64,000 bases of DNA from contig NC_057749.1 of NCBI RefSeq assembly GCF_004010195.1, positions 20,269,182 through 20,333,181 on the forward strand. The letters are read 5' to 3'. This document shows positions 1-12,180 of the stretch, piece after piece (within the stretch, counting starts at the first letter, position 1; each line of letters starts with the position of its first letter). The notes beneath the pieces were generated by a model. That model was not told the DNA's origin. It worked only from the letters and a program-made list of their open reading frames with translations, and ran no database searches. The stretch is from Chiloscyllium plagiosum. Its lineage: Eukaryota. Both the position numbers and the translations under genes were made by a program.

Positions 1-240
1 CCACCCTCACCTTCTTCACCACGCCTTCTCCCCCGCCTTCTCCCCACTCCACTCCGGCCTATCACCCTCACCTTGACCTTCCAACGCCCCTCCTCCAAGT
101 CCCCCCTCCCTACCTTTTATCTTAGCCTGCTGGACAAACTTTCCTCATTCCTGAAGAAAGGGCTTATCCCGAAACGTCGATTCTCCAGTTCCTTGGATGC
201 TGCCTGACCTGCTGCACTTTTCCAGCAACACATTTTCAGA
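1..240 (+). mobile_element. Penelope-like element terminal fragment (family A) with hammerhead-like core
   Basis: C-rich leader, then CTGAAGA..GGG-cttat-CCC-GAAACGTCGA (151-180), then gatgctgcctgacctgctg...ttttccagca, shared with copies near 15450, 53070, 54180 and 59150. Confidence 0.7.
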
Positions 241-661
241 TATGAACCTTCAAGTCAATATGATCCTTCAATTCTGGGATAAATCTTATCTGATATTACT
301 ATCAGCTGGGATCGTAACGCCATTGACCAAAACCTAACCAACTGAGGCAGTCTTTTTTTTTGTGTGGCCACAACAGCTGGTCAGAAGTTGTGAATTCAGA
401 ACCTCCTGACTTCCCAAAACCTTTATCCCCCATCTATAGGCTCAAGTCAGGAAGAGATTGGAATACTCCCCACATTCTTCAGTGAGGAACTTCCACCTAC
501 GGTGAAAGGTCACCATTCTAGGCTGCAGCAGCTAACTTGATTGACGTACCCACTGGTCTTAGAAATGCAGTGCCAACACCACGAGCATGCAATTCAGCAA
601 TGGGTACCATATACCAAACACACCATGCCAACTTACTGAGCCTCCTTTAAAACTACCTTTT

Positions 662-1173
662 ACTTGGAATACTGCATCCAGTTCTGGTCGCCCTATTATA
701 AGAAAGATGTGGATGCTTTGGAGCGGGTTCAGAGGAGGTTTACCAGAATGCTGCCTGGACTGGAGGGCTTATCTTATAAGGAGAGGTTGACTGAGCTCGG
801 ACTTTTTTCATTGGAGAAAAGGAGGAGAAGAGGGGACCTAATTGAGGTATACAAGATAATGAGAGGCATAGATAGAGTCGATAGCCAGAGACTATTTCCC
901 AGGGCAGAAATGACTAACACGAGGGGTCATAGTTTTAAGCTGGTTGGAGGAAAGTATAGAGGGGATGTCAGAGGCGGGTTCTTTACCCAGAGTTGTGAGC
1001 GCATGGAATGCGTTGCCAGCAGCAGGGTGGAGGCAGGGTCATTGGGGACATTTAAGAGTCTCCTCAACATGCATATGGTCACAGAAATTTGAGGGTACAT
1101 ACATGAGGATCAGTGGTCGGCACAACATCGTGGGCTGAAGGGCCTGTTCTGTGCTGTACTGTTCTATGTTCTA
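662..1173 (+). mobile_element. CR1-type LINE 3' end (ORF2 C-terminus and tail)
   Basis: ORF 664-1092 has EYCIQFWSP...LERVQRRFTRM...LFSLEKRRRRGDLIEVYKI. Tail is gggcctgttctgtgctgtactgttctatgttcta. Confidence 0.9.
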
Positions 1174-1221
1174 AATCTAGGTCTTCTACCTCCTAACAAA
1201 GGCAGGAGATGTGGGAGAATC

Positions 1222-2480
1222 TATTAATCCAGAAACCCAGGGTGATGTTCTGGGGACCTGGGTTTGAATCCTGCCATGGCAGACGGTGAAATTTGAATTC
1301 AATAAAAAATCTGGAATTAAGAGTCAACTGCCGACCATGAAACAATTGTCAATTGCCAGAAAAGCACATCTAGTTCACTAATGTCCTTTAGGGAAGGAAA
1401 TCTGCCATCCTTACCTGGCCTGACCGAATGTGACTCCAGAGCCATAGCAATGTAGTTGACTCTCAACTGCCCTCTGAAATGGCCTAGCAAACCACTTAGT
1501 TGTATCAATCGCAAGAAAGTCACAACAAAGAAATGAAACTGAATGGACCACCTGGCATCGACTTTGGAACCAGAAAAGACAACAGTTTAAAAACACAAGC
1601 AGCCCTGTCAACCATGCAAAGTCCATCTTACCAACATCTGTGAATTTTCCTGCTCCTTGGATGCTGCCTGACCTGCTGTGCTTTTCCAGCAACACTCTAA
1701 ACTTGACTCGCCACATAAACACCAGTGGCGACAAGAGCAAGTGAGAGACTAGGGATACTGTGGCGAGTAACTCACCTGACATTCCAAAGTCTACCCACTG
1801 TCTACAAGACACGAGTCAGGAGTGTGATGGAATACTCCCAACTTGCCTGGATGGGTGCAGCTCCAACAGCACTCAAGCTTGACACCATCCAGGGCAAGGC
1901 AACCTACTTGATTGGTGGCGAGTAACTCACCTGACATTCCAAAGTCTACCCACTGTCTACACGAGTCAGGAGTGTGATGGAATACTCCCAACTTGCCTGG
2001 ATGGGTGCAGCTCCAACAACACTCAAGCTTGACACCATCCAGGGCAAGGCAACCTACTTGATTGGCACCACATCTACAAACATTCAATCCCTACACCACT
2101 GGTGCTCAGTAGCAGCAGTGTGTACTATCTACAGTATACACTGCAGAAATTCACCTAAGATCCTTAGACAACACCTTCCAAACCCACCATCACTTGCATC
2201 TAGAAGAACAAGGGCAGAAGGTACTTGAGAACACCACCAGCTGCAAGTTCCCCTCCAAGCCACTCACCATCCTGCCTTGGGAATATACTGCCATTCCTTC
2301 ACAGTTGTTGGGACAAAATCCTGGAATTCTCTCTCTAATGGCATTGTGGGTCAACCCACAGCAAGTGGACTGCAGTGATTCAAGAAGGCAGTTCACCACC
2401 ACTTTCTCAAGGGCAAATAGAGATGGCTATAATTGCTGGCCAGCCAGGATTGCCCAAGTCCCACAAATGAATTTTAAAAA
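1222..2480 (+). mobile_element. CR1/L2-group LINE (family B): tRNA-like head plus ORF C-terminus and tail, internally deleted
   Basis: Head with B-box-like GGTTTGAATCC at about 1261. C-terminal peptide YKTRVRSVMEYSQLAWMGAAPT..KLDTIQGKA. Tail ctcaagggc...tgctggcc. A Penelope-like fragment sits at about 1641-1706. Confidence 0.7.
1760..2064 (+). repeat. Tandem duplication, 155 + 150 bp
   Basis: 1760-1914 and 1915-2064 are identical apart from a 5-bp indel (aagac) and one substitution. Confidence 0.95.
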
Positions 2481-3224
2481 CCTACAAGTTCCCCTTCAAG
2501 CCACATCATGCTGACATAACTATATTGTTCTTCCTTCACTTGTTGATACAAAATCCTGGAACTCCATCGTAACAACATGGACTGTGGCAGTTCCAGAAGG
2601 CAGCACAGCACCACCTTCTCAAAGATAATTAAATATAACATAACATGAAACAGAAACAGGAGTTGACAATTTGGCTCTAAAGCCTGTTTTGCCATTCATT
2701 AAGAAAATAACTGCTCACATCGTGGCCATAACTCTTCGCGGTGTCTCCTCCACAACCCTGGATTCCCTTGTAAATCAGAATTCTATTTGACTCAGCCTCC
2801 CATGCTCTCTCTGGCAGAGAATTTCAAAATTGAGTGAAGCTCCGAGAGTAGGAACTCCTGATCTCTGTCTTAAATGCAAGCCCCTATTTTTAAATTCTGC
2901 CACCCAATTCTAAATTGAACCTCAAGGGAGAATATTCTTTTAGCATCTCTGTCAAGTTCCTCAATATCTTTTATGTTTTAATAAGATCTCTTCTAATTGT
3001 TCCAAGTACCCGTTAGTAAAGATCCAACTTGTTTTATGTAAGGCAACTCCTTCATTCCAAGTAATCCTAATAAACATCTCTGAATGCCTTCCAACAAAGT
3101 ATACCCCTCTAAGTAAGGGCACCAAAATGGTGCACAGTATTATAGGGTGAATTCACCAATACTGTATAGAGATGTAAAATAGAAGCAGGAGTAGGCCACT
3201 CAGCCTCAAACCACCTGTTTTTTT

Positions 3225-3530
3225 AGATTATATTCCCTACAATGTGGAAACAGGCCCTTCGGTCCAACCAGTTCTCTGAAGAGTAACCCACCCAGACCCA
3301 TTTCCCTCTGACTAATGCACCTAGCACTATGTGCAATTTAGCGTGGCCAATTCACCTGACCTGCACATCTTTGGACTGTGGGAAGAAACCGGAACACCTG
3401 GAGGAAACCCACGCAAACACAGGGAGAATGTGCAAACTCCACACAGACAGACGCCCAAGGCTGGAATTGAACTTAGGACCCTGTTGCAGTAAGGCAGCAG
3501 TGCTAACCACTGAGCTACCAAGCCACCCCA
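3225..3530 (-). mobile_element. HE1-type V-SINE
   Basis: Reverse complement of a tRNA-like head plus V-domain (gtgtggagtttgcac.ttctccc.gtgt.tgcgtgggtttcctcc) plus CR1-like tail. Confidence 0.85.
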
Positions 3531-3554
3531 ATGATTAGATTAGATTCACTACAC

Positions 3555-4330
3555 CTCTGCTGTTCAATTAGTCATATCTGATATGAACACTTCACAATTC
3601 TTTCTTTCATAGTGGTACAGTTGGAGCAATACCTCCTTACTATTAAACTCCATCTCTCTTACAATAAAAGTCAGCGTGCTTTCCAAAATTACTTGCTGTA
3701 GTCTGCATGTGAACATTTGAGATTCATGTACAAGGACATGTAGATTCAACACTGATGAGTATTCTGCAATCTTTCTATGTTAAGTAAAATTCTGAAATCA
3801 TACTCCATCTGTCACTTTGTTTCCCACTCAGCCAAACTATCCCATTGCAGACTTCTTGCAACTTGCTTTCCTACCTATGTTGGCAGCATCAACAAATGTG
3901 GTTACCATACACTCATCCAAATCATTAATATGTATTCTAAATAGTCAAGGCCCAACACTGAAATCTGTGGAACTGTGGGAGGGGGGGTGGGAAATAATAT
4001 CATCCATCTTAAGAAACCAAGACCTATAAATAGAGGGGCAGGACATTCCACCAGCGCTTCACCAGAGACTCTTACTGATGATGTTACCTCATATGGTGAC
4101 GAAATGTCTGAAAACAGACCCTCAAGCTCAGCAAGCTAACTTACATAGCATCAACCTGAGCTACGAATCTTCTTAAAAATCGTTCGCTGTTTTCTGGCTC
4201 TCTCCTTTGCTGAATAAAGATGTTACAATTGCATGTTTGCAATCTGCTGGGACCTTTCCAGCATCTCTGGAGTTTGAAGGTTACAGCCAATGCATCTAAT
4301 ATTTCTGTCACCATTTCCTTTAAGGATACC
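3555..4330 (-). mobile_element. Old CR1-type LINE remnant (continues at about 6300-6720 after the younger CR1 insertion)
   Basis: Degenerate antisense RT-region peptides (ORFs 3564-3752 and 4141-4332: SLKEMVTEILDALAVTF). Confidence 0.6.
4026..4185 (+). mobile_element. Penelope-like terminal fragment (family B) with hammerhead-like core
   Basis: CTGATGA-T-GTTACC-tcatat-GGTGAC-GAAATGTC at 4075-4108. The 3' end gagctacgaatcttct resembles 58644-58660. Confidence 0.65.
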
Positions 4331-4334
4331 ATAA

Positions 4335-6297
4335 TTCTATTAGATTTAAAACAATGATGGAAAAGGATAGACCAGATCTAAAAGTTGAAGTTCTAAATTG
4401 GAGAAAGGCCAATTTTGACGGTATTAGGCAAGAACTTTCAAAAGCTGGTACAGGGGAAAATGGGAAGCCTTCAGAAATGAGATAACGAGAAAATCCAGAG
4501 AAAGTATATTCCTGTTAGGGTGAAAGGCAAGGCTGGTAGGTATAGGAAATGCTGGATGACTAAAGAAATTGAGGGTTTGATTAAGAAAAAGAAGGGAGCA
4601 TATGTCAGATATAGACAGGATAGATCAAGTGAAACCTTAGAGTATAAAGGAGTTTGGAGTATACTTAAGAGAGAAATCAGGAGGGCAAAAAGGGGACATG
4701 AGATAGCTTTGGCAAATAGAATTAAGGAGAATCCAAAGAGTTTTTACAAATACATGAAGGACAAAAGGCTAACTAGGGAGAGAATAGGGCCCTTCAAAGA
4801 TCAGCAAGGCGGCCTTTGTGTGAAGCCACAGAAAAAGGGGGAGATACTAAATGAGTATTTGCATCCGTATTCACTGTGGAAAAGGATATGGAAGATATAG
4901 AACGTAGGGAAATAGATGGTGACATCTTGCAAAATGTCCAGATTACAGAGGAGGAAGTGCTGGATGTCTTGAAACAGGTCAAGGTGGATAAATCCCGAGG
5001 ACCTGATCAGGTGTACCCTAGAACTCTGTGGGAAGGTAGAGGAGTGATTGCTGGGTCTCTTGCTGAGATATTTGAATCATTGATAGTCACAGGTGAGGTG
5101 CAGGAAGACTGGAAGTTGGCTAACGTGGTGGCACTGTTAGCATTGAAGGGTGGTAAGGACAAGCCAGGGACATATGGACCAGTGAGCCTGACGTTGGTGG
5201 TGGGCAAGTTGTTGGAGGGATTCCTGAGGGTCAGGATGTATATGTATTTGGAAAGGCAAGGACTGATTAGGGATAGTCAACATGGCTTTGTGCTTGGGAA
5301 ATCATGTCTCACAAACTTGATTGTGTTTTTTGAAGAAGAAACAAAGAGGATTGATAAGGGCAGAGCAGTAGATGTAATCTATATGGACTTCAGTAAGACG
5401 TTCGACAAGGTTCCCCATGGGAGGCTGATTAGCAAGATAAGATTTCATGGAATAAAGGGAGAACTAGCCATTTGGATACAAAACTGGCTCAAAGGTAGAA
5501 GACAGAAGGTGGTAGTGGAGGGTTGTTTGTCAGACTGGAGGCCTGTGACCAGTGGAGTGCCACAAGGATCAGTGCTGGGTCCTCTACTTTTTGTCATTTA
5601 CATAAATGATTTGGATGCGCGCATAAGAGGTACAGTTAATAGGTTTGCAGATGACACCAAAATTGGAGGTGTAGTGGACAGCTCAGAGTATTGAGTACAG
5701 GAGTTGGGAGGTCATGTTGCGGCTGTACAGGACATTGGTTCGGCTATACTTGGAATATTGCGTGCAATTCTAGTCTTCCTATCGGAAAGGTGTTGTGAAA
5801 CTTGAAAGTGTTCAGAAAAGGTTTATAAGGATGTTGCCAGGGTTGGAGGATTTGAGCTATAGGAAGAAGTTGAGCAGGCTGGGGCTGCTTTCCCTGGAGC
5901 TTCGGAGGCTGAGGGGTGACCTTATAGAGGTTTACAAAATTATGAGGGGCATGGATAGGGTAAATAGGCAACGTCTTTTCCCTGGGGTCGGGGAGTCCAG
6001 AACTAGAGGGCATAGGTTTAGGGTGAGAGGGGAAAGATATAAAAGAGACCCAAGGGGCCACTTTTTCACACAGAGGGTGGCAAGTGTATGGAATGATCTG
6101 TCAGAGGAAGTGGTGGACGCTGGTACAATTGCAACATTTGAGAAGCATTTGGATGGGTATATGAATAGGAAGTGTTTGGAGGGATATGGGCCGGGTGCTA
6201 GCAGGTGGGACTAGATTGGGTTGGGATATCTGGTTAGCATGGACGGGTTGGACCGAAGGGTCTTTTTCCATGATGTACGTGTCTATGACTCTATGAT
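4335..6297 (+). mobile_element. CR1/HER1-type LINE, 5'-truncated, with broken ORF2 (reverse transcriptase)
   Basis: ORF 4876-5694 has [38 protein letters not shown] and FADD. ORF 5795-6214 is the C-terminal domain. Tail is ctatgactctatga. Frameshifts and an internal deletion are present. Confidence 0.95.
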
Positions 6298-7039
6298 TCA
6301 GGCTAGCAGGTCCAAGAGACTTTCGCCTTTAGTCTCATTAGTTTTTCTGATACTTTTTCCAATAGTGTTTATTTTACGTTCCTCGCTCTCTTGCGTCTTG
6401 ATTTTTTTTGCTGTTATTCTGCAGATGCTTTTATAGTCTTGTACTATAAAAACAGACAGAATACTTGTTCATAGTCTCCTCCGTTTCCTTGTATCCATTA
6501 TTAATTCCCTGATTTTGATCTTTAAGGATTCGATGCTCATTTTAACGACTCTCTTATTTGTCATATACTTATACTCTTACTATCTGTTTCGTGTTCTTGT
6601 ATTTTTTAAGTCATCCTTTACTATTTTCTTAAAAAGTCCCAATTCTTGCCAAATGTTAACTTTTGCACTGTTGTTTGCTTTTTCTTTCAAACTGGTTCCA
6701 TTCTTCTTTAGTTAGCAACAAAAAGGGAAGAAAAGCAATGCTTAAAAGAACAGAATTGTTTGTGCAAAAATTGCAGCAACTGTAATGGAGGGCTTCACAA
6801 AGATTTCTGCGATACAATTTCTAATGGCATCAAGGTTTCTTCTACTGGAATACAAGCCAAACCTTACCGTATTTTGCCAAAGAACATATCACTGCAGATG
6901 TTTTGATCCTCAGAATAAGAGGTTTCAGGAGTGTCTAACCAGCGTTAAGCTATCAGTTTGTCTCATTAGTGATTTTAAAAAAAAAATTCTTTATTCCTTG
7001 TATTCTGAGCGAAATCAGCAAGTGTTTTGGTGTCTTATT

Positions 7040-7485
7040 GTTGATTTGTGTGGTTTGCTTGGCCATTTGAGCAGGCAGTTAAGATTGATGTAACGTTGAT
7101 GTAAGTCTGTCGTCACATGTTAGGCCAGCTTCGGTAAGGATGGCAGACTTCCCTCCATAAGGGAATTTAGTGAACCAGATGAGTTTTTACAACTATTGAT
7201 GATAGTTGTCATGTTCACCATTACTGAGACTAGTTTTCAATTCCAGATAGAGGTATTTCCTAATCCTGCGGTTAAGAGCTGTTATTGCACACCTCTGGAG
7301 TGGGTGGGATGTGAACCTGGGCCTCCTAGTTAAGAGAGAGAGAACACCAGCACTGTACCACAAGTGGCCTTCAAATGCCAGGTTTTATTAATTGGATTTG
7401 AATTCCATCAGCTGTTGTGGTATGTTCTGAACCAATGTCCCCAGGACATTATCCTGAGCCTGTATCACCACTACATTGCCATTGT
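7040..7485 (-). mobile_element. Family B tRNA-like head fragment with a nested short tRNA-derived SINE (about 7250-7371)
   Basis: Reverse complement of the 1222-1500 head (ggtaaggatggcagacttccctcc; tagtgaaccagatg), interrupted by a roughly 120-bp element with A-box- and B-box-like motifs. Confidence 0.65.
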
Positions 7486-8639
7486 TCTTGGGAGAAAAAA
7501 GTTCACTTGAATCAGCATGACAACATCAGTTCATCTTCGTGTTGTGCCCTTTAATGTGCTAAAAATCTTGTGCTTCACAATCACATTTGATACTGATACA
7601 AGGCGATAATAACGCAGGTGTGAAGGAACGTGTGAAAGGAGGGCAGAGACTCACAGGGGTTTGGGAAGACATTCAAGCTTAGAATCAGGAACTGGAGGCA
7701 TTGATGCCAATGGAGGGTCAATCAAAATAAGGAATGTGTACAGGACAAGAGTCAGTTGGAAGAAGAAATGTGTCTCAACTTATTTGAACCCAAAACCTAG
7801 AGGAATCTCCTGAAAGTGGTGTGGCCTTTTTCTGTGCACGCACACATTTTGTGTCATGACTAACTGTAAGTTAATTAAAGAGAAAATTTCAAAAGGTCAT
7901 TAGATTTGACATCATTCAAGCTGTGTGCCTGAGGGCTTGAATGTGTGTTGTGAATAGCAACAGATGCTTCTACTCTGAAAACCATCAGGGAAAGCCACGG
8001 GAAATTCCACGGACTGAAGTGATAGACATCTGTTTTCAGTACCTGATGCTTTTTCTTTGCATTAGTATCTTATGCCCAGTGTTGTCAGGTTTGAATCAAT
8101 CCCTGTTACATCCTCAACGGATAAGGTGAGCATGTACTATCTTGTTAGGTATTGATCAGGGTATACTTCAGTAGGCGACGATGACCAGTTATAACTATCT
8201 GATCAGTCCACTTACTCCTGATCTAAAATTTCTCCCACCTTAGGCCAGGGCCTCTTTTAGCATTTGTATACGGCTCCTCTTCCTTGGAATCTAGGTTAAT
8301 GTAAACTGCTCCAAATATTGCTACCATCTGGAAGTAGAGAGAATATAATTTACAGATCGAAGTTGAGGTCTCTGGCTTGTTTCCAATCACTTTCATGGTA
8401 AATGGCTGCATTAGTGAGGCTGATGAGAATCTCCTGAGGTGTGTTAAATATGATCTTACATTCACTGTGGTTCCCTGGAGCTTTACCACTGGATCCTACT
8501 ACTCTAGAAGATGCCTCCTCTGAAGGAGTTGAACCAAAAGTTAGCTTGTTTCTAATGCTGAATGTTATACTTCAGATACCAAAGTCACGATATGATACAA
8601 GCTATAAATGTGATCAGTTTGACCAAATTAAATTACTAA

Positions 8640-9005
8640 TCATAGAACCCCTACAGTGTGGAAACAAGCTATTTGGCCCAACAAGTCCATACCAACCCTC
8701 CAAAGAGTATCCGACCATCCAAAGAGTATCCCACCCAGACACATTCCCCTACCCTATTACTCTACATTTCCCCTGACTAATGCACCTAACCTACACATCC
8801 CTGAACACGATGGGAAATTTAGTATGCCCAATTCACCTAACCTGCACATCTTTGGATTGTGGGAGGAAACTGGAGCATCCGGAGGAAATCCACACAGACA
8901 TTGGGAGAATGTGCAAACTCCACACAGGCAGTCACCTGAGGCTGGAATCGAACCCAGGTCCCTGGCACTCTGATGCAGCAGTGCTAACCACTGAGTCACT
9001 GTGCT
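8640..9005 (-). mobile_element. HE1-type V-SINE
   Basis: gtgcaaactccacac...gcagtgctaaccactg, the antisense V-domain and tRNA head. Confidence 0.85.
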
Positions 9006-9499
9006 GTCTGTGGGTCCTGTTTAAGGATGTACAGTTCCAAACCTGACTTACTGTTAGTTTTGGTATCCAGTTGAATAATAATAGGATAATGGTACTTGCT
9101 GAATGAAAAGACTAATCTGTTGAACGATGTTGCTCAAAACTACTTTGAATGTTTATTCTGTTAGTGTTGCCTTAATACTGAATAGTCCTACAAGTAATCA
9201 GCAATGAAGTTAATAGCTTACATAGAAACATATACAGTGCCCTGGGTGTTACCAACTTTTTAATACTGACTTCTCAAGCCAGGGCAATGTTCTTTCTGTT
9301 TTGTGTTTTCAGGATTCAGTCAATGGGACGTAGGTTCCTATCCCAAATTAGTTGTTTTCAAAATGTCTCTGATGCAACATCCTTTCCATATGACAAATCT
9401 TTCAGTTTAATGTGAGGTGGTAGAAATGGACAGATCATGTAACAAAGGCAAAGTGCAATTTCTAAGGTAACTGGCATTTGAACTGACTGTTGAGTATTG

Positions 9500-10770
9500 T
9501 GAATTATATGAGAAGGGGTTAAGAAGTGTTTGTTAAGCTGAGCAGTGAAGAAACGTTATATAGACTAGGAATTTCTGAGCCATGGGCAGCTTAGAGGCAG
9601 AACTCTCAATTAGGAGGGAGGTGATGCAGTCGAGATGGGCAGGTCTTTGGCGGGGAGGGGAAGTAGAATGCGAATTTAAAATTCCAGGTACAAGGAGATC
9701 ATAGAGCCTGTGAGAGTACTGGAGTGAAACCCATGTGGAAGTGCCTTTTAGGATACAGCAACAAAGTGGAGGATGAGCTGATTGTTATGAGTGGGAGTGG
9801 AGATGATGAAGCAGAGGAGCCCTAGCTGGAGAACATTAGAATACTGAGACTTTCAATTGCAAATGTGCAGGGTGAAGGTTTTATTAGCTAATCGACTGAG
9901 GTAGAGATGGAGTTGGTGTTGTGGGATGAATGAGGGCGGGACGTTAATTGCATTGAATAGAACACTGAAGTTGCAAGCAACCTGATAGGCAGCGAGGGAA
10001 ACTGAAACCATGGCAAGGACTTGGAATTTGTAGTGAGGGTGGATTAAGATGGTTTTGATCACACCAGGCTTCAGTTGGAGAAAATTGCAGCTGATGCAAT
10101 ATCAGTCTGAAGGGGTAGAGTGAGACTTTCTATCGCAGATTTCATGACCCACACCCAATGCCTTTTATATGGAAAAGGCAATACATTTAAAGTATAGTCA
10201 GTCACTGCTTCAATGTAGGCGCTACAAAACTTTAAACCTATATTTTCAGATGTGGTTATGAAGTGGCAGCTTGTTGATGGGGAAGAGGATGGAGTTGAGG
10301 ATAGTTCCTTGGGGATCAATAATGCTGCAGCCGCAGGCAAATGGGAAGATCGGCACCGACAATGCTGAGTTTTCAATAATTTGGACTCCAAAAAGGTTGT
10401 GACGTCAGAGGGCGATTAGTGACTGTCCGTACCAAAAGGTGAAAAGAGCTTGAGGGGTAATGCATGGCACAACTACAAAAGACCAGCACTGTGGCAGGGT
10501 TAAAAACCTGATTCGAAACATTTCATAAATGGAGCTGCAGGGTAGGTTAGCACATGTTTGAGAGGTAACGTGTTCAAAAATTTAAGAAAGGAGAGTTGAA
10601 GGTGTGGATGATAATTTCAAGGATGCTGATCTTTTAGGCAGAGAAGCAATAATGTGCCTTTAAAAAGTGGAGGAACAGTTTGCAGTGATGTTTTTATGGA
10701 TGTATGGAAAGAAAGGATCAAGGGAACAAGCTGTGGGGCTCATGCACTAGATACATTTGCAAAAGAAATG
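9500..10770 (-). mobile_element. Highly decayed L2-like LINE remnant
   Basis: Long purine-rich (G/A) stretch typical of antisense L2-group ORF2. No intact ORF; family assignment is by impression only. Confidence 0.45.
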
Positions 10771-10789
10771 ATAGTGTAGACATGTACTA

Positions 10790-11485
10790 CAGATGCAGGG
10801 ATGGCTTGCCAGAACTGTACAAGGCATTGGTAAGACCATACCTGGAGTGTTGCATGCAGTTTTGACCTCTCTATCGGAGGACGGATGCTCTTGCTGTTGA
10901 GAGAGTGCAAAGAAAGTTCACTTGACTAATTCCTAAGATGGTAGGACGGGTGCATAGGGAGAGACTGGATCAGTTAGTACTGTATTTACTGGAGTTTAGA
11001 AGAATGCAGGGGATTTCTTAAAAATCTATAAAATTTAACAGGATTAGACAAGCTGGATTCAGGAAGAATCTTCCACTGACTAGTTGGTTCAGAATCTAAG
11101 GATTTTAGGCAAGATTTCTTTATCCAGAGAGTGGTGAGTCTGTGGAATTCTCTGCTTTTTGAAGTATAGTCACTGCTTTAATGTACGAGGTACAGAACTT
11201 AATCCTATGTTTTCAAATGTGGTTATGAATTGGCATCATGTTGATGGGGAAGTGGAAGGAGTTGAGGATAGTTCCTTAGGGAGTCAATAATGCTGCGGCC
11301 CCAGGCAGAGAAAGTGGTTGAGATCGAAACATTGAAGTCTTTCAAGAAAGATTTATATATACTTCTTCAGATTAACATGATCAAAGGATATGAGGAGAAA
11401 GCAGGTGCAGGGTACTGAGTTGAATGATCAGCCATGATTATATCGAATGGTGGAGCAGACTTGAAGAACTGAATAGGCTATTCCT
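10790..11485 (+). mobile_element. CR1-type LINE 3' portion carrying an inserted ~146-bp local duplication
   Basis: ctgtacaaggcattggtaagaccatacctggag...cagttttg, and tail gatcagccatgattatatcgaatggtggagcag. Confidence 0.8.
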
Positions 11486-11884
11486 TTGCTGCATGTCATA
11501 CATTGTGCCCAGAGCATTGGCCTGGGCTACTGGATAACTAGTCGAATAATATTACCAAAATGCCCCTGACTTCCCTACAAAACCATTGCAAATGTAAAAT
11601 CGTGAGAATTATTTACAATAAGAGTGTGTTAAATTGTGGATATTTGTTGAATTATTAATTGTGTTGATGCATACTCCATTTTCTCCTCACCATAGCTTGT
11701 AGCCTTTTCTTCTGAAAGACCTGTAAGTATTTCAGAAATTATTAGTTTATATGTTGCATATCTTTGTGCTGTAGTTTCACAGAAGAGGGGTTATAGGCAC
11801 AGTAAATGCTGTGTATGAATCTATATGACAGAGGGATTTGGGAATCCTCATACATGAATTGTCTAAAGCTAATATCCAAGAGCA

Positions 11885-12180
11885 GTGGGGAATCAATTTG
11901 TGCACAGCAAGCTCCCATAAACCCAATAAAAATAATTTGATCTGTTGCATTCCTTTCGCAGTGTTCATTGAGAAAGAAATGTTGGCCGGGACACCCAGAG
12001 AAAACTCCTACTCTTTACATAGCAGCACAAGAGCTATTGCATTCATTTAAGTAGGCAGACAGAGTTTCATTGCACAGGACTTCCTCTCAAATGTCAGCCT
12101 GAAATATACTCAAGTGATAGAGCAGGACTGAATCCACTTCTAGTTTAAAAGTAAGCATGTTACTGATTTTGCCATAGTGA
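11885..12180 (-). mobile_element. Deu-domain SINE (SacSINE1/AmnSINE1-like), decayed
   Basis: caatttgtgcacagcaagctcccataaac and gttggccgggacacccagagaaaactccta are the reverse complement of the Deu core as I recall it. Confidence 0.6.

Noticed and set aside
4520..6214. Long RT-like ORFs as a functional gene or active retroelement
   Set aside because: These are 5'-truncated, frameshifted and internally deleted CR1 ORF2, so a dead copy.
9313..9329. Possible 17-nt micro-exon (strong acceptor ttctgttttgtgttttcag, donor-like gtaggt)
   Set aside because: It would shift the frame, the exonic donor context is weak, and there is no other support. Such sites arise by chance in long introns.
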